Origin: Octopus sinensis
Lineage: Eukaryota
Length of the DNA: 12,186 bases
Assembly: GCF_006345805.1 (NCBI RefSeq)
Contig: NW_021826693.1
Span: 1-12,186, forward strand
Direction of reading: 5' to 3'
A model generated the notes under the pieces. The model did no database searches. It was given only the letters and a program-made list of their open reading frames with translations, and had not been told where the DNA came from. The translations under genes and the position numbers were made by a program. Positions within the stretch are counted from its first letter, which is position 1. Each line of letters starts with the position of its first letter. This document shows, piece after piece, positions 1 through 9,101 of this stretch.

Positions 1-1179
1 AGCCCTTAATCTTTGGTTTGTTCAATAGAAAATGGGTACACGTACTCGGATGATATTTAAATTTAATTATAGGTTCATTGTTGAATGGTTTTACGAATGA
101 CCATCTGAAACATTTGCTAGGAAGAGCATTATGAAGTTTATGCTTTATATGAAAGTCCCCCACTTTTATGGCTTAGATTATTTTATCTATCCTTCTTATC
201 TTACTCCTTAAATTCTTTCAAATTTTTCATATTTTATATCACAATTTCTTCCAGTACCTTTTTAATTCCCACACTGTGATCTCATTGTGACCTCCATTGT
301 TTTCCATTTTAGGCCCCTTTTATTTGATAATCATATGTTAAGTCCTCTTTCTGGTTATCACCTCGTCCCTATATATCATTATCTCGCTAGCATCTTCTGA
401 GACATTCTTCTATGTAGGTATGGTTAATTTTATGGTATAGTGAAACAGGGGTAGGGAAGAGTATCTGACATTAATTAATTATCAAACAAACAAGAACCTA
501 ACTGTCAATTGCCAATGGTTTTAATTCTAAGGAGAAGTAGACTACTTACTGCATTGAGTCTTTTGAAGGTAATGAGGATAAAGACAAATGTAGCTATAAT
601 CACCATTCCTCTTCCTTCACCACCACTTCTGCACTCTAAATTATAATAGGCTTTAAGCATTCTCTCCCTAAATTCCTTCTGCTATAATAATAGCAAAGAA
701 GAAATGTAATTCTTTTAGGCTTAATTACTGATGAAAAATTTGCTAAACAGTATAACGGAGTATCCTGTATGTTGAAAATCTATATGGTCGTATGCGTCCG
801 AGGAGAGCAGGTTATTTCAAATTGATGTAATGTTTGCATTGATCGATTAAATGGAGCTGCTTGAAACGGCCGTAATGCGCTGATACCTGGACATCCATGT
901 TGCTTATTTGCATTGTATTCACCTAACTTCGAGCTATGCGGACAATACTGTACATAATTGGTGCCTCAACTTAAATACCCAATTCAACTAAATCTTAATT
1001 ATTTCTTATATATATGTGTATATATATATCCACACATTGTTATTTTGGTTTGGCTCAGGTTCGGTCCTATTCCTGAGAGGAATTATGTGAATAGTGGGTT
1101 ACTACCTGTAACCTTAGGTATCCACAATTTTTACCAGTATTTCAAGTGCTTACAACCCTCCTGATAGTCTTTCTGTCCC

Positions 1180-1181
<2 letters not shown>

Positions 1182-1248
<67 letters not shown>

Positions 1249-1263
1249 GATTATTATTATTTA
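1182..1263. repeat. (TTA)n microsatellite
   Basis: Near-perfect TTA run seen directly; it explains the poly-N ORF at 1142-1390. Confidence 0.97.
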
Positions 1264-1384
1264 CTACGCATACGTATTTATACATAATCCGACATATATA
1301 TATTGTGCAGGCAGAAGGTAATGGCGAACTTCTGCTGACTCTTTCGCGACAACTTTCTCTCGTTCTTTCTTCCTGCATCTTGCA

Positions 1385-1490
1385 GCTCACCTGCGACGGA
1401 CCGGCGTCCCGTATAGGTGGGGAACCTATACGCCAAGGAAACCGGGAAACCGGCCCTTATGAGCCATGCGTGGCTCGAGAAGGAACAAAC
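1385..1490 (+). mobile_element. 3' fragment of a SINE, same family as the 8494-8737 element
   Basis: tgcgacggaccggcgtcccgtatagg...gaaaccgggaaaccggcccttatgagcc aligns by eye with tgcgagggaccagcgctccattcag...acaaccagcgaactggcgcaatgattcc in the 8494 SINE. It ends in aacaaac followed by (CA)n. No tRNA head is present. Confidence 0.55.
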
Positions 1491-1610
1491 ACACACCCAC
1501 ACACACACACACAAACACACATATATATATATATATATATTATATATATACATATATACATATATATATATCATATATATATATAATTACTTATATATAT
1601 ACATAATATA

Positions 1611-1678
<68 letters not shown>

Positions 1679-1875
1679 TACATATATATATACAAATATA
1701 TATATATATATAACTACACAAGCACGCACACTCATAGACGCTCACACACACATATATATATGCATGTATATATGCATGCATGCACGCATGTATGTGTGTA
1801 TGTATGTATATATGCATGCGTGTATGTATGAATATGTATATATTATATATATATATATAATATATATATATAGAT

Positions 1876-1910
<35 letters not shown>
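1491..1910. repeat. Compound (CA)n/(TA)n/(TATG)n/(GA)n microsatellite
   Basis: Seen directly; it is the source of the IYIY and RERE ORFs. Confidence 0.95.
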
Positions 1911-1911
<1 letters not shown>

Positions 1912-2244
1912 ATTATATAATTCTTTCACTATTTATCTATTCCTCCCTCAGGTACCAAATATTTGCTGTGTCAATATTATGACTGCGCATCACCTTCCGC
2001 TGTTCGACTGACAATTACACCTGTTTCAGCTGCCAGTCTCCTGCTTGCTTAACGTCTCCCGACGAGTTCTCTTGAAGGTCGTTTATGTTATTGTACGATG
2101 ATTACGATGTCACACATGCGCACAAACACATCCCACTATACACGGAATAGCTGGTGAATTACGCATATTCCGCATGTGTCTCTTCACCCACTCACATGCT
2201 AAAATGTTTTGTTTACACATGCATACAATACACCCATGCCCACT

Positions 2245-2274
2245 TACACACACATATGTAGATAGATAGATATG

Positions 2275-2356
<82 letters not shown>

Positions 2357-2445
2357 ATATATACATATACATATATTGTACATACATACACATATGTAGA
2401 TAGATAGATAGATATGTATATATATGGATGTATTGTATATGTATA

Positions 2446-2491
<46 letters not shown>

Positions 2492-2515
2492 TGTGGTGTG
2501 TGTGTGTGTGTAATA
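2245..2515. repeat. Compound (TA)n/(TG)n microsatellite with a duplicated cacatatgtagatagatagatatgtatata unit
   Basis: The unit occurs at ~2250-2280 and again at ~2390-2421, separated by (TA)n. Confidence 0.9.
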
Positions 2516-3714
2516 TAATATGTGACAATTCGGTTGTCATAATAAAACTCTGAGTTTCGGATGTCGAGGCGAAATCTGCTTCACCATCTCGTCACTTATT
2601 AAGACAATCAAAAAGTGCTATGAAAATGACCGTTAGGCTGTCTTTAAAATTAAAGTTTAGATAGGGAACTTTAAAATATAGCATCCAAACTCTGTCTTTG
2701 ATATGTCCCTAGTAGTGTGCCTTGGGAGTACGTTCACTCCATACGGCCACCTGTACTTTAGTCGCAGGATCTACGTAAGGATTACGTCGGTGCACGTTTG
2801 GTATATTTTTAATAATTAATAGGGAAGATGAAGTGTACTGCAAGCTTTATTTAGCACGACAATCGTTTCGGCTTACATCTGCACTGCTCCCTTGTGGGTA
2901 GGAAACGATATAATGGAATCAAATGCACTCCACAATGCAGAAGAAACCTCATCAGGTTACATAAAACGCTACAGTGTTATAATATGTACATTTCGCCGCT
3001 GTATGTTGCATGATGGTGTTGGTATGATGGATGCTAATCCATTAATGAGGCAGGATGTTTGGTATGTATTCGGGGAGTTGGCGGTAAAGAATGCAAAGAA
3101 TCAAATACAAAGAATAATGGGAACAAACGGCTTTTGAATGGAAAGTACTGTAAAGGCTGGTCATGCGTATTGATTCGTTCACTCTGTGAAGATTATAATA
3201 TACTAATTTAATATTTATGCCTTTAATTGGCAAAGGACGCCTTTAATAATTGACCAAAGTATAACTAATCATGCTTTAGTTAATTAAACAGTGTAAACAC
3301 TCTGCTATTCGAACACGTACACCCACATACTCTATATTTATATATAATATATATATTATATATATATTTATATCTATATGATATATAATATATATATATA
3401 TATATGGAAGGTTTAGAGATGATGTACAGGTATTATATATTAGAAGAAATGAGGTAATCAGAAGATCGGATGGTTCATATTTATAGATATTTATTTATAT
3501 ATTACATTTTTTACATATATATATCATATCATTTTCAGATCATATCATTCAGATTATTAGCGCTTTCTCTCTTTCTAGTGGGGTTATCAAATCAAAATAA
3601 TTCCTTTGTGGGGAATTTAATCATTTTATAGAGTTTCGTAGTAGTGAGGAGGGACAAGACAGTACAAGAGGGTGAAGTGGATGAGGAGGAAGTGAGAGAG
3701 AGAACATGTGAGTA

Positions 3715-3719
3715 TGTGT

Positions 3720-3758
<39 letters not shown>
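3715..3758. repeat. (GT)n microsatellite
   Basis: Seen directly. Confidence 0.95.
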
Positions 3759-3759
<1 letters not shown>

Positions 3760-4280
3760 TTGTATCTGAGGCTAAAGAGAAAGAGGGGAAGGGAGAGGGA
3801 AGAAGAAGAAGGATTTCCTTTGGCCTGCTGTACCCCCAAGGGAGTTCTAAGAATTTTAGCTTTTTGTCCATTTTGGTGTCACTGGAGTGTGTGTTGGTGG
3901 GTAGGCAGGCCATAACGTACACCTTTTATGATTTTGAGGATGGTCAATGCCATTTGGGGTCTAAGAACTCTTCTACTTTGTATGATCGTTTTGTGGAGGT
4001 GTGTGTGTGGGGTGTCTGTGTGTCCGTGTGTGTTGTGTGCGTGGGTGTGTGTGGTCTCGTGTGTTTGGTGGTCGGTGTGTTTTGGAAAAAAACAAAAAAA
4101 AATAGGGAACTTTTGTGCCACTACACCACACCTTAGGAAAAATTAAAACGGCGAGAGAACAAAAGAGAAAAGGGAAAAAAAAATAAAAATAAAATAAAAA
4201 AAAATAAGGAGGAAATGGAGGAGAAAAACAAATTTGTGTGTTGATATTATACCACTACATATAATACACAGACTTAGACA

Positions 4281-4533
4281 AAATATTTGAAAAAAAAACT
4301 TGATCGGTTCAAAATGAAAAAACAAATTACACCATCTTGAAAATTGTATATCATAGGAAGTTAAATTAAAGTGACAATTAAAAAGTAAAGATGGAAGTAA
4401 ATATAAAGATAATATATAATGTATATACAGGCAATATATATATATACATACACAGATATATATATTACACATACAGACATATACTAAATGTTCTACATAT
4501 TAGATTGTAAATCGAAAGATGCTCCTTCAATGT
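4281..4533 (-). repeat. Second (distal) copy of the PLE 3' region, pseudo-LTR-like
   Basis: Shares the blocks aattacaccatcttgaaaattg.atatcatagga, taaatgttctac and attgtaaatcgaaagat..tccttcaatgt with 4600-4857. Confidence 0.85.
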
Positions 4534-4599
4534 CACTATATATATTATATATATATATATCATATATATAATATATATATATATACATGCTTACACATG

Positions 4600-4772
4600 A
4601 AATATTAGAAAAAACCCACCTGATATCGAATCAAATGAACAATCAATTACACCATCTTGAAAATTGCATATCATAGGAGGTAAAATAGAATGACAATTGG
4701 CAAGTAAAGATCAAGTAAATTACAAAAACAATATAATGTATATAACAGGTAACATATATAGACACACACACC

Positions 4773-4804
<32 letters not shown>

Positions 4805-4857
4805 TATTAAATGTTCTACTATATTATATTGTAAATCGAAAGATTGTCCTTCAATGT
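4600..4857 (-). repeat. First (ORF-proximal) copy of the PLE 3' region
   Basis: Starts ~15 nt after the ORF stop codon (TGA at 4873-4875 on minus) and is a diverged direct repeat of 4281-4533. Confidence 0.85.
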
Positions 4858-4872
4858 ATGTTGAGTAAAGTT

Positions 4873-5290
4873 TCAGCCATTTAATTTGGGGGAGAACTTA
4901 GCTATGAAATTATTTTTCCATATTCCTCCTGAAGGAGGTGTCGTCTTCGGACACTTGTAGAAGGAAAGATCTTAAATTTTCCTTCTCCACATGTAGCTAG
5001 GTGTGTACTTAGTGGTATTTTGCGTAGTTCTTCCTGCCGAATATGTTGTCGGTGAATCCTGGCTCGCTGGCACAAAGAATTACCAGTTTCACCTACGTAA
5101 TTCTCCTTGCACGTGGGGCAGGTATGCAGTATATGACGTTCTGCGTTTGCAGTTCATATGCTGCATTTACTTTAATATGTCACCATTTTTAAATCTCATC
5201 TCTCTGTTACCCTCTATGTATTTGTAGGTGGGGTTGCTGCAGATCCCACATCTACCATCTCCCGCACTCTTTTGCAAAGAATCCGTTTTA
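4873..5290 (-). pseudogene. PLE Cys-rich linker and GIY-YIG endonuclease domain, frameshifted
   Basis: (C)GDGRCGIC linker, then NVIYCI(T)CPTCKENYVGETGNSLCQRARIHRQHIRQEELRKIPLSTHLATCGEGKFKIFPF...FIAKFSPKLNG*. Several 1-nt indels are needed to stay in frame. Confidence 0.88.
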
Positions 5291-5313
5291 GTTTCTGAAG
5301 AGAATTCGCTCTG

Positions 5314-7080
5314 TTAGGTGTTTTTTAGGTTTTTGTCCTGTCGTCTACTGTTTTTTATGCTATATTTGTTTAATTGTTTTTCATTTTGGGGCTTTGTAAG
5401 GCTATTGGTAGGTTTGAATGTATGGTTTGGAAGATGTTGGTAACTCCAGGGTGTGTGTGTGTTTATAAAAGGGATAGTGTTTTCTTTGTTTTTGTTTTGG
5501 GTGTCCTGAGTTGTGCGATGTCTAGTTTTAATGCTCTTGTGATTCCATTTTCTATTAGTTTTAAGGGGGTATTTTGCTCTAGGAGGAAGTTTTTTGAGTT
5601 CATCTAGTCTTATTAGTCGTATTTGTGAATCAGTTACTATGCTACATATTCGTCGTGCCATACTATATGGAATGTTTCTTTTTGTGTGGGATGGGTGGCA
5701 GGGGTGGAAATTTAAGTATTGATGTGTGTCAGTTTTTTTGTAGTGGATGTCTGTAGTGACGATGGAGTTGTGTATTTTGATGTTGATGTCTAGGAAGGGA
5801 AGTTCGTTGTGGCTGGTATCTATTGTGAAATTGATAGTTGGGTGCAGCGTATTGAGGATGTTGTGGAATGTTTGTAGGTCCTCTTCTGATCTGTTCCAAA
5901 AGATGAAGCAGTCATCGAGGTAGCGTTTCCACTTTTTCTTGATGTCTTCTCTGAAGTCGTGTTCGAAGACTTTCCCTATTTCATCATATAGTTTTTTCTC
6001 CAGGAAACCCATCACCAGGTTGGCATATGAAGGTGCGAATTTTGTACCCATAGCTGTGCCTTTTATCTGTCGGTATATCTTGTTGTTGAATGAGAATGTG
6101 TTTTCTTCGAGTATTAGTTGGGTGGCTTGGGTGATAAAGTTTGTCTTGAAGCGTTCGTCTATAAGTTCTCTGTATTTTTCTATTGATTGTTTTATAGTTT
6201 CTAGACCTAGGGTGTGTGGTATGTTTGTGTATAGATTTGTGACATCAAAGCTTGCAAGTATGGTGTTTTTCGGGACTGTATTTGGAATGTGTGTGAGGAA
6301 GTCTATGTCATCCCTTATGTAGCTTGGTATCTGTGGGCATAAAGGTTTGAGGAGTATATCTATGAAGTGGCTTAGTTGTTTGTTGGTGCCTGGGGTCCTG
6401 CCACTATTGGTCTCATTGTGAGGTCTGCAGGCCTTTGTACTCTTATATAGTGGTTCCTCTGTTCCTTTATGGCTCTCTGTATTTCAGAGCTTTTATGAAT
6501 TTTAGGTAATCCATAAAAGTTGCTTTCTTTGGTTTGTGAGTTGCATATATAGTCTTTCTCTTTATCTGTAAAGGAGTCCTGATATTCATTGACTAAAGTT
6601 CTAATTTTTTTATTGTTGTTTTCTCCGGTGGTGTTGTTCCTTTGTAATATGTCTGGTTGTTCAGACTCAGTATCTTTTCTTTGTAGTAATCTGTGTCCAT
6701 AATTACTATTGCTCCACCTTTGTCAGCTTCTTTTATAATGATTGATTTGTCATTTTTCAGTTTTTGTAGGCTTGTTTTTCTTCTCTGCGGAGATTCTGTT
6801 TGCATTTGTGTGTGTGGAGAGGGAATTGGATATTGTTCTATGTATGTGTCAAGGTGTTTGTTACTTCCCTTGTAAGGGTGAAGTGGGATTTTTTTCTTAT
6901 GATTGAGTTATCTTCTGTTTCTTTATTTTCAAAGAATTCCATAAGGCGGAGGTAGCAGCTGAAGTTGTCTATATCAGTTTTAGTTCTATGAGGTTTGGAG
7001 TGGGTGTAGGTGTAAATTTGAGGCCTTTAGTAGTAGGTTCATTTCATTTTTGTCAAGTTCTCTTTTAGATAAGTTTATTA
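5314..7080 (-). pseudogene. PLE N-terminal domain, reverse transcriptase and thumb, frameshifted
   Basis: An open stretch from ~6370 to ~5600 contains FDVTNLYTNIP, GTAMGTKFAPSYANL and the catalytic RYLDD. There are frameshifts near 5600, near 6375 and in the N-terminal part. The track ORF 5314..6051 is the RT core and shifts out of frame after LDELK. Confidence 0.92.
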
Positions 7081-7589
7081 TTTTGGGGTCTATGTGTTTG
7101 TGAGTTCATCCGGAATTTTGGTGTATTGGGTTGGAGTATGGTTGAAGTATCCTCTCCCTAAAAAATGGGTTGTGTTGTTACGTCTCCAAATCCATTTTCA
7201 GTTCTTAGGTTTTCTTGTAGATGGGATGGTCGTGTGGTCTGTATGTGTGTTTTGTCTTTGGTAGTTGTTTTCTTCCCATCTTCTATGTTGGTTGAGACAA
7301 TATTATTACTGGGGTTCAAGTTCTTTGTGGGTAGGTGGATGGTTCATGTTTGTGTTTGTATTGTATTGATAGTGGGAGTTGTTTTTTATCCATCTTGTAA
7401 ATTTGTGGGGTTGCATGTTGTTGGTGTTTGAGTGGTTTCGATTTCCTCGATGTTTGTTGTAGGTTAAATGTTGATTTCTATCCATTTGTATATTGTTCCA
7501 TGTGTGTGTCCCTTTAGGATGTCCAGTGTTATGTGTTGGTGGTTGTTCATATTCTATTTGTTCTCTCCAAGTGTTATAGGTTGTTGGTT

Positions 7590-7690
7590 ATATACATATG
7601 CATGCATGCATGTATGTATGTATGTATATATGTATGTATATATGCCTTTTAATATATGCATATGTGTGTCTATATAGATATCATATAAAT
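7590..7690. repeat. (TATG)n/(CATG)n simple repeat at the PLE 5' junction
   Basis: Seen directly; the G/T-rich PLE composition stops abruptly at ~7589. Confidence 0.85.
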
Positions 7691-7919
7691 ATGCATGCAT
7701 AATGACTTGCTATTTAAATTTTACCTGAGGGCTTATTCAATCATCCGTGAAATTACTATTATTAGTTTTAAACTTCATTTAAAGCAATAACCACAATTTC
7801 ATTTCGGGAAATACCTGGAAATGTAACAAAAATAACGAATTCACCACAGGAAAAGCGCGGTTTTGAAGGCGAGGGACGCTGGCGGTGAGCGTTCGGCACA
7901 TGGCACTGCTTCTTCCAGT

Positions 7920-8320
7920 GCTACTACTACTACTACTACTATTATTAATGATGATGATGAGGATGCTGATGATGATGATGATGAGGAGGAGGAGGAGGAG
8001 GAGGAGGAGAAGGAAGAGGAGAAGAAGAAGAAGAAGAAGAAGAAGACGACGACGACGACAAAGAAGAAGAAGAAGACGACGACGAAGAAGAAGAAGAAGA
8101 AGAAGAAGAAGAAGAAGAAGAAGAAGAGAAGAAGAAGAAGAAGAAGAAAAAGAAGAAGAAGAAGAAGAAGACGAAGAAGAAGAAGAAGATGATGACTATG
8201 ATTATGATGGAAATTACGATGTGCCACTGCTGTTATTGGTGCTGCTGCTGTTGCTGCTGATGCTGCCGGTGCTGCTGACGATGAAGAGGAGGACGACAGT
8301 GATGATGATATTGATGGGGG
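7920..8320. repeat. Compound trinucleotide array (CTA, GAT, GAG, AAG, ACG, GCT)
   Basis: Seen directly; it explains the poly-E/K/R/F/L ORFs. Confidence 0.95.
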
Positions 8321-8493
8321 GTGGGTGATAGTGAAATGGATAATTAATGTTGTTGTATGAACCCAAGGCGTTTGTAATTGCTTACTTAATTACATTAACG
8401 GATTAGTTTAGAAATGAGCCGATCGATCGGCTAATTACCATCGCTAACTCTCGATATATCTAACTGTCCGATTGATGATGATGTCCATTTGAG

Positions 8494-8737
8494 GAGAAGG
8501 CGTGTGGCCTTGTGGTTGAAGTGTGGCACTCACGGACGCAAGGTAACGGTTTCGATTCCCTAACTAGATAATGCATCGTGTTCTTAAGCAAAACACTTCA
8601 TTTCATATTCCTCCAGTCCACTCAGATTGCGAGGGACCAGCGCTCCATTCAGAGAGCATGGTCACTTATACAGCATGACAACCAGCGAACTGGCGCAATG
8701 ATTCCTAGGCGTCAAGACAACGACGTCCAGAATTGAA
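8494..8737 (+). mobile_element. tRNA-headed SINE, full length and decayed, with target-site duplication
   Basis: A-box-like tggccttgtgg (~8505-8515) and B-box-like ggtttcgattccc (8548-8560). The central gtgttcttaagcaaaacacttcatttca...ctccagtccactcag resembles a common cephalopod SINE core (from memory). Flanking direct repeats are gatgatgatgtccatttg (8474-8491) and gatgatgacgtccagttg (8738-8755). Confidence 0.8.
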
Positions 8738-9005
8738 GATGATGACGTCCAGTTGCCCACATCAATATGGTCAACAAGACATTATTCTTTATTACTATTT
8801 TTAAATCTCACAACGAGAGATAATCAGCAACAGTACTTTGGAGCAAAGATTGTTTGCCAACATAACATGGCTATCCTGGTTTAGGACGAATGTTGCTGTG
8901 ATTTAGCCCCAGGAGACATCGTCCCCAGCTGGCCACACGACACGATCCGTGTCCTTACATTTTCGAACAAGGGAATCTAGCACCTCCATTACACTCAAAA
9001 CAACA

Positions 9006-9049
9006 TCTGTGATCGCGATTTCCAGTTTTTTTCCATTCATCAAAGCGAA
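9006..9049 (-). ncRNA. Decayed mirror-image hammerhead motif
   Basis: The minus strand reads TTGATGA A TGG aaaaaaa CT G GAAA TCGCGA T C ACAGA. It has a C3U change, a weakened stem II and a broken stem I 5' strand, while GAAA-TCGCGA-TC is intact. Confidence 0.6.
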
Positions 9050-9056
9050 TAATTAT

Positions 9057-9101
9057 TCTGTTCTGATGAAGGGAAATAACCCGGAAATCGCGATACACAG
9101 A
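9057..9101 (+). ncRNA. Minimal type-I hammerhead ribozyme motif (PLE/retrozyme type, palindromic stem III)
   Basis: TCTGT-T | CTGATGA (9063-9069) | A GGG aaataa CCC G | GAAA (9084-9087) | TCGCGA T | A (H17, 9095) | C-ACAGA. Stem I is TCTGT/ACAGA, stem II is GGG/CCC, and stem III is the palindrome ATCGCGAT. Non-canonical points are the extra A and G flanking stem II and a U-C mismatch at the base of stem I. Confidence 0.75.

Larger units (their letters stand above)
4281..7589 (-). mobile_element. Penelope-like retroelement (PLE), Neptune-type, decayed
   Basis: Minus-strand translation across frameshifts gives the PLE motif order: IINLSKREL...KGLKFTPTP; IIIKEADKGGAIVIMD; RPIVAG; ASFDVTNLYTNIP; YRQIKGTAMGTKFAPSYANL; WKRYLDDCFIFW; HYKKTDTHQYLNF; a C-x4-C-x2-C-like linker; VIYC...CPTC...YVGETG; and the terminal FSPKLNG*. 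Tandem 3' repeats follow. Confidence 0.93.

Noticed and set aside
728-750. CTGATGA at 728-734, and on the minus strand at ~2949-2955
   Set aside because: Neither has a stem II followed by GAAA; these are chance 7-mers.
1436-1482. gaaaccgg...cttatgagcca...tggctcga as a permuted hammerhead
   Set aside because: The core reads CTTATGA, and no UH cleavage site or stem I is correctly placed. It is better explained as a SINE tail.
2051-2085. ccgacgagttctcttgaaggtcg as a possible decayed hammerhead
   Set aside because: It needs U4C and GAAA-to-GAAG changes, and neither stem I nor stem II pairs convincingly. It cannot be supported without a family consensus.
2892-3137. 81-aa ORF in non-repetitive sequence
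   Set aside because: It starts at TTG, and I see no recognisable motif or splice context.
4927-4965. cctgaaggag...ttcggacac on the + strand resembles a hammerhead core
   Set aside because: It is the antisense of the GIY-YIG coding region (YKCPKTTP), and both core boxes deviate (CTGAAGG, GGACA).
5939-6322. + strand 127-aa ORF (also 5003-5227, 5374-5607, 6693-6875 and 7165-7431)
   Set aside because: These are antisense shadows of the PLE ORF; the G/T-rich strand has few stops.
7841-8328. ORFs of 109-147 aa with poly-E/K/R/F/L
   Set aside because: They are translations of trinucleotide microsatellites in several frames and both strands, with no domain or splice support.
8494-8565. tRNA gene (also 11338-11400)
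   Set aside because: The acceptor and anticodon stems do not close, and the sequence continues into SINE bodies. These are SINE heads.
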